Position numbers and translations under genes: made by a program. Shown in pieces: positions 46,470 to 55,585 of a stretch of 64,000 nt of DNA. Where the stretch lies: the NCBI GenBank assembly GCA_037444445.1, contig JBBIMK010000007.1, forward strand, positions 4,592 through 68,591, given 5' to 3'. Positions within the stretch are counted from its first letter, which is position 1; each line of letters starts with the position of its first letter. Below the pieces are notes generated by a model. It did not search any database and was not told where the DNA came from. It worked only from the letters and a program-made list of their open reading frames with translations. This DNA is from a bacterium. GTDB lineage: Bacteria; UBP7; UBA6624; JBBIMK01.

Positions 46470-46787
46470 TTACACCCCGGGAGTATAGGGGGTGCTTATA
46501 GTTCCCTCGTGCTGTCCGCCGGAATAATGAGCCACAGAAACAGCACACCCCTGACCGGGGGTCAACGGGGGAGGTTTGCAGAAGACGGTAACCTTGAGCC
46601 CGCTCTGGGTGCAATTTCCAATGCTAACTGCAGAGACCCCATTAAACTGGATGCAGGTGATAGGACACACGTTCTCAGAAGCATTGAGGGAAATGGTAAT
46701 TTTTAAGGGATTACCGGAGTCTCCACTAAAACCGTATTGAGCAGAGGCGCCATCCAGAGCTGGACACTTATTTCCCGGACAGGCCAT
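46470..46787 (-). CDS. small Cys/His-containing hypothetical protein, paralog A of tandem pair
   Basis: 105 aa with an AAAGGAGGTG RBS. Shares the same motif set as paralog B. It has no signal peptide and its second half is IPT/TIG-like. Confidence 0.6.
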   Translation of the reverse strand: MACPGNKCPALDGASAQYGFSGDSGNPLKITISLNASENVCPITCIQFNGVSAVSIGNCTQSGLKVTVFCKPPPLTPGQGCAVSVAHYSGGQHEGTISTPYTPGV

Positions 46788-46951
46788 ATCTTTTCACCTC
46801 CTTTTCAAGAATTTTTGAATATCTCATCGCTCCATTCATTTCAATAATATCGCTTTCCTCAGTTCAGAATTGCTTCTCTCTGCACCGTCCGTAAACCTTT
46901 GTCCTGTCTCCCGCCTCATCCCAGTTTTCCCTTCCCACATCGGTATATAAA

Positions 46952-46980
46952 AGTATATGGAGGTAGAACGAAACTTGTCA
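46952..46980 (-). promoter_or_regulatory. sigma70-type promoter (TTGACA-N17-TATACT) on minus strand driving the small-protein pair
   Basis: On the minus strand the -35 TTGACA is at 46975..46980 and the -10 TATACT at 46952..46957. This predicts a ~155-nt 5' UTR before paralog A. Confidence 0.45.
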
Positions 46981-47116
46981 AGTGAATTGTGATTGCTCCA
47001 TCAAGATGTGGCATATTTTTCACTGCTATATATCATATTCCGATGTTTTCCGGTTTTCTTTTTTCAGGAACTTTGCCGAGAATCTGTGCGGGGGGGGACT
47101 ATATGGAAGATTCGTA

Positions 47117-48076
47117 TCAGCCTTCTGTAAGGGACCTCTGGATAGCGATACTGGAAAAGAATACAGAGTTAGCGGTGAAGGATAACGACAGAGAGGTTGT
47201 ATGGGTAACCTTCAAAGTAATGGGAAAGATGAGGGTGCCCGTTCCGACAAGAGACCGGGCACCAGAAATTTCCACCGAGGAAGAGGGAAGGATATTCTCT
47301 AATCGGATTTCTGTGTTTGTAGATTCCGCGAAAAAATAAGCGGTAACCTGATATTCGCCGGGAGGGATGTCGGTAAGACGAAGAACCACAGCCGGTTGCG
47401 GAAGCACCGCTCGGTCAGCAGATGGTGAACCGGTTCCACCACGGAGGTAAACTCTCTTTTCACGAATGTAGCGCTCAAGATTATATTCACCACCGAGGTA
47501 AATCCCGTTCATTTCCAGTTCTGCACCCCTCACCTGAAGAAGGCGATTTTGCTCCGGAGCCGATTGAAGAGCGAAAGGTGTCAAAATAAGGGTATGCCCG
47601 GAGGGTTCCTGAGTGGGGGGGGCGGGCGGAGAAAGATTATCTCCCGGAGGAAGAGTTTCCGCCTTGCTTTCCCCGGGGTAAGAGAGAGAGAAAATGCCTT
47701 CTACCTCCTCTGCATCAGTAAAATTGATGAGGATGAGGCTCCAGGTGAAGCCCAGCTCCACCAGGTCAGAGGTGGCACGAGCGGTTACCTGATAGCGAGA
47801 ACTTCCTCTGGACTTGCCCCGTACCTTTGTATGGTCAGGCTTCACCAGAAGAACCTGTAAAAGTTGACCCCTTTTTTTTAATAGAACCTCCGCCTGCACT
47901 TCCCCTGGCGACTTCACATCAAAGGAGTATTCCAGTCTCTCGCCCGTTCGCCCTCTCAATGTGAAGGGATGACTTTCCTGAACCGGAGAAGTTTCTACCG
48001 CCAGAGCCAACAGGGGAGAAAACAAAATTCCGGGAAACAGGAAGAGCACCTTCCCTACCCTGCGCATTTTCATCAC
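47117..48076 (-). CDS. hypothetical secreted beta-rich protein
   Basis: Signal peptide (VLFLFPGILFSPLLALA). No catalytic motif. It contains a C8 homopolymer in its coding sequence. Confidence 0.6.
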   Translation of the reverse strand: MMKMRRVGKVLFLFPGILFSPLLALAVETSPVQESHPFTLRGRTGERLEYSFDVKSPGEVQAEVLLKKRGQLLQVLLVKPDHTKVRGKSRGSSRYQVTARATSDLVELGFTWSLILINFTDAEEVEGIFSLSYPGESKAETLPPGDNLSPPAPPTQEPSGHTLILTPFALQSAPEQNRLLQVRGAELEMNGIYLGGEYNLERYIREKRVYLRGGTGSPSADRAVLPQPAVVLRLTDIPPGEYQVTAYFFAESTNTEIRLENILPSSSVEISGARSLVGTGTLIFPITLKVTHTTSLSLSFTANSVFFSSIAIQRSLTEG

Positions 48077-48175
48077 CCCCTGAACTTCTTTGCCTCACGA
48101 AGGATATTTTATCAAAATACCGCACAAAGAATCATCTGACAAAAAAAGGAGGTCTCGCTTTCAGGGTGATATAAT

Positions 48176-49288
48176 ATGAAAGAAATGAGCGAATTCAATG
48201 AAAAACTTCAGCAACTCCTTGAAGTGAGTATTCAACTCACCTCAAAACTGGAGTCGGAGGCGTTATTTCAGAATATCTTATCTTCTGCGGTTTCGCTTTT
48301 GAACACAGAGGGAGGTTCCATCTATTTTTACGATGAAGCACGGCAGGTGCTTTCCTTCCAATATGTCATCACCACCCCTTCAGAGCTCGGGGAGCAACTG
48401 AAGAAATTTGAACTCAAACTGGGGGAAGGAGTGGTAGGAGCCTGCGCCCTGAAGAGAGAATCTATCTTGTTAGAGGATGCCCAGCGTGATAAGAGATTTT
48501 ATCGCCAGACTGACTTATTCACAGGATATATCACCCGAAATCTTCTAACCGTTCCGATGAAATATTACCATCCAGACCTGAAACAGGATGTGTTGGTAGG
48601 GGTTCTGCAGGTGGTCAATAAAAAAGATGGAGCCTTCCAGTCGGGGGATGTGCGGGTGCTGGAAACGCTGGCTTCCCAGGCGGCTATCCTCCTGGAGAGA
48701 AATCGTCTGTATTCATCCCTGCGGGAGCAGTTCCTTGGAACAATAGCGGCGCTGGCAGCCGCCGTAGATGCCCGGGACCCTTACACCCACGGTCATTCTA
48801 TGCGTGTGGCAAAGTATGCCGTAAATCTGGCAAAAGCCATGATGAAAACTGAGAATGAACTCTTTGAGCTCCGCCTTTGCTGTCTTCTGCACGACATTGG
48901 TAAAATCGCCATTCCCGACCACATCCTGAAAAAAGCGGGGCGACTCTCCGAAGAGGAATTTGACACGATGAAAACTCATGTGGAAGAAGGGTATAAAATC
49001 CTGAAGCCCGTGAAACTTTCCCCAGAAATTCTGGGCGGAGTTCTTCACCATCATGAACGCTGGGACGGAGCCGGCTACCCTTCGGGATTAAAGGAAAAGG
49101 AAATCCCGGAATTTGGCAGGATTCTTGCCTTTGCCGACACGCTGGATGCGATGACCACTGACCGCCCCTACCGAAAGGGCAAAACATTCCCGGAAGCCCT
49201 GCAAGAAATTATGAAAAATGCAGGTGGACAATTCGACCCCTTCATATCGGAAATTTTTCAGAAAGAATTCTTGAATATCATCCGTTGA
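48176..49288 (+). CDS. GAF domain-containing HD-GYP phosphodiesterase (c-di-GMP)
   Basis: N-terminal GAF domain. The HD-GYP domain has HDIGKIAIPD and HHERWDGAGYP motifs. Confidence 0.88.
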   Translation: MKEMSEFNEKLQQLLEVSIQLTSKLESEALFQNILSSAVSLLNTEGGSIYFYDEARQVLSFQYVITTPSELGEQLKKFELKLGEGVVGACALKRESILLEDAQRDKRFYRQTDLFTGYITRNLLTVPMKYYHPDLKQDVLVGVLQVVNKKDGAFQSGDVRVLETLASQAAILLERNRLYSSLREQFLGTIAALAAAVDARDPYTHGHSMRVAKYAVNLAKAMMKTENELFELRLCCLLHDIGKIAIPDHILKKAGRLSEEEFDTMKTHVEEGYKILKPVKLSPEILGGVLHHHERWDGAGYPSGLKEKEIPEFGRILAFADTLDAMTTDRPYRKGKTFPEALQEIMKNAGGQFDPFISEIFQKEFLNIIR

Positions 49289-50001
49289 AAAACCTTTTCC
49301 TTTTCTGGCTGGCTATTCATCTGCTCACGGATTTCCTCCTCCAGACGAATTGGCTGGTCAATCTAAAACGAAACAGTAGAATTGGGACTCTGCTTCATGT
49401 TTCAATCTTCGCCATCCTCACAGTTCTATTTCTGCCCCTGCTATCGTCGGAGTATCGTCAGGGTCTCTTTGCCATCTCCATGCTATTAGCCGGGCTTCAC
49501 TGGCTTCAGGACGAGATTCGTGTAGGATGGCTAAAAACATCGCCAGAAAAGGATAAATTAGGGTCTTTCCTTCTGGACCAGGTCAGTCACGTCTTACAAC
49601 TTTTCCTTGCCACCATCTTCTATCCGGTTCCCGACTCTGCTTTCCCCTGGACCGCCGGTTATGCTCTCATCTTCAACGGCATCTTACTCACCGCTTCTGT
49701 CTTTCCTGCGCTGTTGTATTACACTCTCAGCACTTTCATCGGGGAGAAGAAAGAGTGTTTATACTCTTTCCCGTCCCGGGTCGTTTATGGCGTAATTGGA
49801 AGTGGATATTTCCTGCTGTTCCTGTGCCCCTATCGTTATTTATTTCCTTTCGTCTTACTGGCACATCTCTGGGCTCAGGAGGCAGTGCAGAGAAAATATC
49901 CCCAGCCGCCGATACCCCTGTGGGGTTCGCTGGCAAGTGTAGCCTGGGCATCCTTCTGGAGCAGTGCCCTTCTTTACCTTCAGCGTCTTCTGGAACTCTA
50001 A
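49285..50001 (+). CDS. DUF3307 family membrane protein
   Basis: N-terminus LFLFWLAIHLLTDFLLQ (HLxxDFxxQ) is typical of DUF3307. Polytopic. 4-nt overlap with the HD-GYP gene. Confidence 0.6.
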   Translation: MKNLFLFWLAIHLLTDFLLQTNWLVNLKRNSRIGTLLHVSIFAILTVLFLPLLSSEYRQGLFAISMLLAGLHWLQDEIRVGWLKTSPEKDKLGSFLLDQVSHVLQLFLATIFYPVPDSAFPWTAGYALIFNGILLTASVFPALLYYTLSTFIGEKKECLYSFPSRVVYGVIGSGYFLLFLCPYRYLFPFVLLAHLWAQEAVQRKYPQPPIPLWGSLASVAWASFWSSALLYLQRLLEL

Positions 50002-50080
50002 GATTTAAAACACGAAGTTCAAAGTGATTTCAAAATCCCGGGTTCTGATGTTCAAAACAGGGTTGTATGAAGGAATGGCA

Positions 50081-50884
50081 TCAAGGCTTTCCTTCCACTT
50101 CGTGAGAATGTGGATTGATGATAAACCCTCGCTCCCAGGGGTCAGGAGGAATCTTCTTGAGAATTTTTCCTTTCACCAGGTCTTCAATCTCACGAGGATA
50201 TTCGCCAAATTTTTGAAAGTATTTCTCCACCGCCCGGGTTAAAATCCACTGGGATTTCAGCCACTGCATTTTTTTAGAAAGCCCCTCTCTCTCTTCTTCA
50301 GAGGTAGCATTCTCCATTAAAAGTTTCAAATAGGCTATGGCGGTTTCATATTTTTCGCCTTTGCGATACAGGAACAAGATGAAAGAATCCACTGTGGGGG
50401 GGTGTCCAGGAATCTTCGCTGACTGTTGAGCATACTCCACTGCCTTATCGTAATCCCTCATCATATAATAGCGGTGAGAAACCCAGAAAGGGAGGCGCCA
50501 GTCGGACGGATTTTTTTGTATTCCGAGTTTCAAAAACTCCAGGGAAGCCTTCCGTTCCTCGGGAGTAAAGGACATCAAGTTCGCCGCATAGAACCAGGCG
50601 TGATAATTCTGGGGGTCCAAATCCGTAGCCACATCCAGCATGCCCACCATCCACGCCGGGTCACGATTCTGCCTGGGCTGGACAAAATACTGAATCAGCC
50701 CCAGAACAATCAGGTCCGAAACCAGACTCTTCTGTCCCAGAGAAAGAAGACGGAGAAGGTCAGACGATGGGAGGTAAAGTGAACGACGCTGCGAAGTTCG
50801 TGCAGTCTCCCATCGGAGCAGTTCCTTTTGAAATCCTGCCTGAACCAGTAATAAGAGAAACAGGAAAAACAGCCAGTGTTTCAT
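50081..50884 (-). CDS. TPR-like repeat protein with signal peptide
   Basis: Internal Met MKHWLFFLFLLLLVQA directly follows the permease stop. The helical repeat content is W/Y-rich and TPR-like. The longer track ORF would overlap the permease by 100 nt. Confidence 0.5.
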   Translation of the reverse strand: MKHWLFFLFLLLLVQAGFQKELLRWETARTSQRRSLYLPSSDLLRLLSLGQKSLVSDLIVLGLIQYFVQPRQNRDPAWMVGMLDVATDLDPQNYHAWFYAANLMSFTPEERKASLEFLKLGIQKNPSDWRLPFWVSHRYYMMRDYDKAVEYAQQSAKIPGHPPTVDSFILFLYRKGEKYETAIAYLKLLMENATSEEEREGLSKKMQWLKSQWILTRAVEKYFQKFGEYPREIEDLVKGKILKKIPPDPWERGFIINPHSHEVEGKP

Positions 50885-51651
50885 TCCACTTCTTTCAGGT
50901 GGAACAGCACGAAAGCGGCAAGGAGGAATACGCCCGTGTAGAAAAAGGAATAGAAAGTAAGAAGGGTAAAGGGTTTCCATCCCATCACTTCTCCGTATAG
51001 AAAAATCGGCGAAAGGTCGTAATAATCAAATGAGGGCAGAAGATAGAGCAGGAATTTTGTTATCGCTTGCGAAACGGGTTTCCCATATTTCACTGTCAAT
51101 TCATAGGCCTCTCTTGTGGTATAGCCCACCACGAAGAGAGCAAAGAAAGAGAAAGTGCTGACCATAGTGGAGGAAAACAAAGTAGCGAAGAAAACACCCA
51201 TTGCAGTAAAAAGTGTAACCTGAAGCAGAATCAGAGCCAGCCCCACCCAGAAGCCCGCAATCCACTGGCGAAAGAGCAGTGCAAACACCCCCTGAAGTGA
51301 AAGGGCAGATAAAAGGGTGAAAATCCATACCACACAGCCAATTCCTAAGAAATAACCCAGCAGGAAAACCTCCCGGCGGATAGGCTTTGCCAGAAAGAGT
51401 TGAATCCCTTTTCCTTCCATCAATCTCCTGAACTCAAAAATGGCAAAATATAAAATTAAAAGAAGATTGAAAGATAGAATGCTCAAAAATCCCACTTCCA
51501 GGAAAATGCGATAGGGCTCCGTTAGAGAGAGAAGAGTGAGATAGTAAGCAAGAATCAGGAAAAATACAAGCAAGAAGAAAAGTCCGCGATAAAATTTCTC
51601 TCGCACTGCATTCAAAAAAGTCATTTGAACGATAGAAATGACCTGCTCCAT
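50881..51651 (-). CDS. ABC-2 type transporter permease
   Basis: Six predicted TM helices. Located downstream of an ABC ATPase gene. 256 aa. Confidence 0.65.
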   Translation of the reverse strand: MEQVISIVQMTFLNAVREKFYRGLFFLLVFFLILAYYLTLLSLTEPYRIFLEVGFLSILSFNLLLILYFAIFEFRRLMEGKGIQLFLAKPIRREVFLLGYFLGIGCVVWIFTLLSALSLQGVFALLFRQWIAGFWVGLALILLQVTLFTAMGVFFATLFSSTMVSTFSFFALFVVGYTTREAYELTVKYGKPVSQAITKFLLYLLPSFDYYDLSPIFLYGEVMGWKPFTLLTFYSFFYTGVFLLAAFVLFHLKEVE

Positions 51652-51776
51652 CGGTTATAATTTTAACAAATTCTCTCCTTCTTATCCGTTGGTTTGAACC
51701 GTGCGAAAGCAGGCCGAAATCCGTGCCTTCAAAAAACGCAAGGGTTCACGATTGGAGTCGCTCTACTGGCAAAAAA

Positions 51777-52517
51777 TTACATCCTCTGAATGACACCGGG
51801 GAAGGCAGATAATATGCCCAGGAAGGCATCTTCCAGGGATGATTTTCCCGTCGCCTGATAAAGTTCGGTTACTGTACCCTGAAAGAGATTCTGCCCGAAG
51901 TGAATGATGCAAACCCGGTCGCAAATCTCTTCCACCTCCCCCAGAATATGAGAGGTAAAGAAAATAGTTTTCCCTTCTTGCCTGAGAGAGAGGAGGAGAT
52001 TTTTTACATCCTTCCGACCCAGAGGGTCCAGTCCGGAGGCTGGTTCATCCAATATGAACAGGTCCTGTGCAGAGAGAAGAGCATTCGCCAGTCCCACCCT
52101 CTGCTGTTGGCCTTTAGAAAGAGTGAACAGGGGGCGCTTCCATGCCTCTTCCGGGAGGTTCACCCTCTTTAGGACCTCCTGCGTCAGGCGGTGAAGGCTC
52201 TTGCCATTTCTGCTTAACCTGCCGGAAAAATGCAGGAATTCCAGCGGAGTCAGGTTGCGAGGAAGGGAAAGAACTTCAGGAAGGTAGCCCACACCCTTCC
52301 GCGAGTTGAGGTCGGAAGGAGGTAAGTCGTGCAGAGAAGCAGAGCCTTCGTCAGCCCGGGCAAGGTTCATCAGAATTTTTATGAGCGTGCTCTTCCCTGC
52401 CCCGTTCAAGCCAATGAGTCCAAAAATTTCTCCCTTCTCCGCCTGTAGAGAAAAATTCTGTAACGCTTGAACAGAAGAATACTTTTTGGATAGATTCTGA
52501 ACCTGAAGAACAGGCAT
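51777..52517 (-). CDS. ABC transporter ATP-binding protein
   Basis: Walker A GLIGLNGAGKSTLIK. ABC signature LSKGQQQRVGLANAL. Walker B LFILDEP. Confidence 0.85.
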   Translation of the reverse strand: MPVLQVQNLSKKYSSVQALQNFSLQAEKGEIFGLIGLNGAGKSTLIKILMNLARADEGSASLHDLPPSDLNSRKGVGYLPEVLSLPRNLTPLEFLHFSGRLSRNGKSLHRLTQEVLKRVNLPEEAWKRPLFTLSKGQQQRVGLANALLSAQDLFILDEPASGLDPLGRKDVKNLLLSLRQEGKTIFFTSHILGEVEEICDRVCIIHFGQNLFQGTVTELYQATGKSSLEDAFLGILSAFPGVIQRM

Positions 52518-52578
52518 CCAGACGAAAAGAGAAGGGGGCTCCCTGAAACTGGAGCCCCCTTCCGTCAGTGGAATCCGA

Positions 52579-53235
52579 TTAGGTGCCTGAACTGAAGATG
52601 TGAATCATCGTGGAAGGTGTATCGGCAGGGTCCGTTCTCCAGTCAGTGCCACCCGGGTCACCATCGTCAGCGGTGGAGCACGGGTCGTCCACGGTATCCA
52701 ATTGGATGACAGCGCCTGTGGTCGGTGTGCCCTGTTGGGGTGCCGACTCGCCGTCTACAGCGATGTCCGTCTCGTTGGCTTCTCTGGCAGGCACAGCACC
52801 GAAATAGACGAAACGGTCATTAGCGATACCGTCCCCATTCCGGTCGGCGTTGGAATCATCCCCGCCCCCGCTGTCAGTGTCATCCAGCATAAAGCACCCT
52901 CCATATTGGTCCACATAGCGAGGAGTGGCGTTGCGTCTCGGAGGCTTATCCATATAGGGCCCCTTCCAGTTCGTCGCGCCCAGTGGGTTGGTGAGCAACT
53001 GTTGAACGGCATTATCCGTCCCGTCTGTCGGGTCCACTGGCCAGGCGCCCACATCAGCGAAATATTCCAGAGTGCCTTTCCGGAGGTCCTCCGCCTCGGA
53101 GAGATTCCGGGACACACGCCCCTTTCGGATTTGCCCGAACACCTGGGGCAGAATGACAGCGGCCAGAATGGCGATAATCGCCACCACCGCAATTAACTCG
53201 ATGAGAGTGAAGCCCTTCTTCACATTTCTCATCAC
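52579..53235 (-). CDS. type IV pilin / pseudopilin with prepilin N-terminal methylation motif and Asp-rich C-terminal region
   Basis: KKGFTLIELIAVVAIIAILAAVILP is the class III signal peptide and alpha1 helix. The C-terminal half is acidic with DRNGDGIANDRF (DxDGDGxxD Ca-binding-like) and contains two Cys. AAAGGAGGTG RBS and a TATAAT -10 upstream. Confidence 0.8.
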   Translation of the reverse strand: MMRNVKKGFTLIELIAVVAIIAILAAVILPQVFGQIRKGRVSRNLSEAEDLRKGTLEYFADVGAWPVDPTDGTDNAVQQLLTNPLGATNWKGPYMDKPPRRNATPRYVDQYGGCFMLDDTDSGGGDDSNADRNGDGIANDRFVYFGAVPAREANETDIAVDGESAPQQGTPTTGAVIQLDTVDDPCSTADDGDPGGTDWRTDPADTPSTMIHIFSSGT

Positions 53236-53354
53236 CTAACACCTCCTTTTGGATTTTTTGTTCGCCTTCCGAACATTCTACTTTCAATTATAGTGAGGCA
53301 AATATAAATTTTTGATGAAAAAAATATGAAAGAATGATGAATTTTTAATGGGGG

Positions 53355-54035
53355 TCAGGGTTCAATTTTATACCCTAAACCGCGGACAGTTTTTAAGAGA
53401 TTGGCGCAGGCGCCGATTTTTTCACGGATGGTTCCGATATGAACATCAATCGTCCGGTCCAGAATGGCTTTTTCATCCCCGTGCAGGCGGTCTAAAATCT
53501 CCTGCCGGTTAAACACCTTGCCTGGATGGCGGGCGAGGATGGCAAGAATCTTGAACTCCGTGGGCGTTAGCGAGAGAGATTTTTTTCCACAGCGGGCCTC
53601 AAATCGCTGGATGTCTAATTCCAGGTCGCCGGCACGCAGGATGGAAGGCTCTGCGGACCTGATTTCGGTCCGCCTCAGAATTGCTTTCACTCTCGCCACT
53701 AACTCTGCGGGGACGAAGGGCTTGACCAGATAATCATCGGCGCCAATAGCCAGGCCCTCAATCCGGTCGTAGTCGCCACCCTTCCCCGTAACCATGATGA
53801 TAGGAAGGTAGGCGGTGCGAGCGTCTGACCGCAACTGCTTGCAGACCTCCGTTCCGCTCATCCCGGGTAAAAGCAGGTCCAGGATTAACAGGTCCGGGGG
53901 CCGACGGCGGATTTCCTCCAGCGCTTCCCTTCCATCGTAGATTTCCTGGGTTAGAAATCCCTCTTCTTTCATCAAGCTCGCCATCATCAGGCAGAGGTTT
54001 TGGTCATCTTCCACCACATAAATCAGTTTCGTCAT
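53355..54035 (-). CDS. OmpR/PhoB family DNA-binding response regulator
   Basis: The receiver domain has the DD...D phospho-acceptor set (VVEDDQNL, LLILDLLLPGMSG, K in LVKPF). C-terminal winged-helix trans_reg_C domain. Confidence 0.88.
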   Translation of the reverse strand: MTKLIYVVEDDQNLCLMMASLMKEEGFLTQEIYDGREALEEIRRRPPDLLILDLLLPGMSGTEVCKQLRSDARTAYLPIIMVTGKGGDYDRIEGLAIGADDYLVKPFVPAELVARVKAILRRTEIRSAEPSILRAGDLELDIQRFEARCGKKSLSLTPTEFKILAILARHPGKVFNRQEILDRLHGDEKAILDRTIDVHIGTIREKIGACANLLKTVRGLGYKIEP

Positions 54036-54064
54036 CCCTGTATTCCACCTCCAGCCTAACTATT

Positions 54065-55087
54065 TCATTTCAGGCTCAGGGAAATGACCTCTGAGGCATC
54101 CACGGGAAGGTCGCCGGAATCTGTTCGTAACAGGAGTCGTCCGTCGGGCAGGACATCGCGAGCGGTGCCGCGGACTTCCCGCGAATCGCCCAGCAGGATT
54201 CGCACCGGGTCACCTAAAAAATCCGCATAGAAACGCCACTGCTCCAGGATGTCCGAAGCCTTACCCTCTTCCATCGCTCTCACTCCGTTTTCCATCTTCT
54301 CTAAAAATACCGCCAGTAACTTCTGTCGTGAAGTCGGACGGCCGAGAATCTCCCGCAAGGTGGTTACCCGCTCCTGAAGCCCCCCGGGAAAATCTACCAG
54401 AGAAGAGTTCACATTCACACCTACGCCAATAATCACATGCTCCAGGTCGCTCTGCCTGAAGGCGGATTCCACCAGAATTCCAGCAATCTTTCTTCGGGCA
54501 AATAGCACATCATTGGGCCAGAGCATGGAGGGGTGAACACCCGTTTCTTCCTCCAGGGCCTGGGCTAATTTGACACCGGTCAAAAAGGGAAGAAGAGAGG
54601 CTGAGGTTGCCTCCAGGGAAGGGAAAAGGATGAGGGAGAGGATGATATTTTTACCGAAAGGGGAGAACCACTTTCTGCCCCAGCGCCCCATACCTTTGGA
54701 CTGGTATTCTGCAATCACAATCGTGCCATCGGGAACCCCGCGTTCAATCAACCGACGGGCTTCCCGATTCGTGGAATCAATCACCCGGTGGTAGTAGCAG
54801 GTTCGGCCATACCGTCTCGTATTCAAAAAGGGAAAATACTGAAGAGGATGGAGGATGTCTGGAACGCCGATGAGGCGGTAGCCCACTTTGGAGCGGGCTT
54901 CAATCCTGTAATTGAGAGCCTTGAAATACTGGATATCCTTCCACACGGAGGGGCGTGACAGGCCCATTTTTTCTGCAATTTCCTGCCCGGATACAAATTC
55001 CCCCTGACGGCTCAGTAGCGTATTCAATAGTTGAAGTTTTTCATCCGTGATGGCGAGTTTACCGTCTTTGCCTAACAGGGGGCTCAT
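54065..55087 (-). CDS. birA: bifunctional biotin--[acetyl-CoA-carboxylase] ligase / biotin operon repressor BirA
   Basis: N-terminal HTH, the GMGRWGRKWFSPFG biotin-binding motif and a C-terminal domain. ATGA overlap with ribH. Confidence 0.85.
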   Translation of the reverse strand: MSPLLGKDGKLAITDEKLQLLNTLLSRQGEFVSGQEIAEKMGLSRPSVWKDIQYFKALNYRIEARSKVGYRLIGVPDILHPLQYFPFLNTRRYGRTCYYHRVIDSTNREARRLIERGVPDGTIVIAEYQSKGMGRWGRKWFSPFGKNIILSLILFPSLEATSASLLPFLTGVKLAQALEEETGVHPSMLWPNDVLFARRKIAGILVESAFRQSDLEHVIIGVGVNVNSSLVDFPGGLQERVTTLREILGRPTSRQKLLAVFLEKMENGVRAMEEGKASDILEQWRFYADFLGDPVRILLGDSREVRGTARDVLPDGRLLLRTDSGDLPVDASEVISLSLK

Positions 55088-55572
55088 TTGCGACGAATGG
55101 CCCGAGAGAGGTGAACCATCTCCAGGCAGACGAGGGCGGCTTCTGCCCCCTTATTTCCCATTTTTCCCCCCGCCCGCTCCAGGGCTTGCTCCAGAGTATC
55201 CGCCGTGAGGACTCCGAAAGCAATTGGAACTTCACTCTCCAGGGTCAATCGAGCAATCCCCCGACTGACCTCCGCCGCAATCACATCATAATGAGAGGTT
55301 TCCCCCTTGAGGACAGCGCCCAGAGCAATCACTCCGTCCCCTGCTTTCCCGCTCTTCAGAAGGGTGCGAATCGTAAAAGGAATCTCAAAAGAGCCTGGCA
55401 CCCGATAAACGGCTATATGTTCCTCCGCTACCCCGTATCTGCACAGAGCATCCACCGCACCCTGAAGAAGAGACTCGGTAACCAGCCCGTTGAACCGGCT
55501 CACGACAATGCTGAAAGTAAGCCCTGTTCCGTCCATCCGATTTAGGGCAGGACCCTTATTTCCTTTTTTCAT
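55084..55572 (-). CDS. ribH: 6,7-dimethyl-8-ribityllumazine synthase
   Basis: ...FSIVVSRFNGLVTESLLQGA... is the lumazine synthase core. 162 aa. Confidence 0.9.
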   Translation of the reverse strand: MKKGNKGPALNRMDGTGLTFSIVVSRFNGLVTESLLQGAVDALCRYGVAEEHIAVYRVPGSFEIPFTIRTLLKSGKAGDGVIALGAVLKGETSHYDVIAAEVSRGIARLTLESEVPIAFGVLTADTLEQALERAGGKMGNKGAEAALVCLEMVHLSRAIRRK

Positions 55573-55585
55573 AAAAATAGTCGCC

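Noticed and set aside
46989-47339. 116-aa plus-strand ORF in the gap upstream of the small-protein pair
   Set aside because: It overlaps ~220 nt of the well-supported C-terminus of the minus-strand secreted protein gene. It has no RBS, and a G8 tract and the promoter region fall inside it. It is likely spurious.
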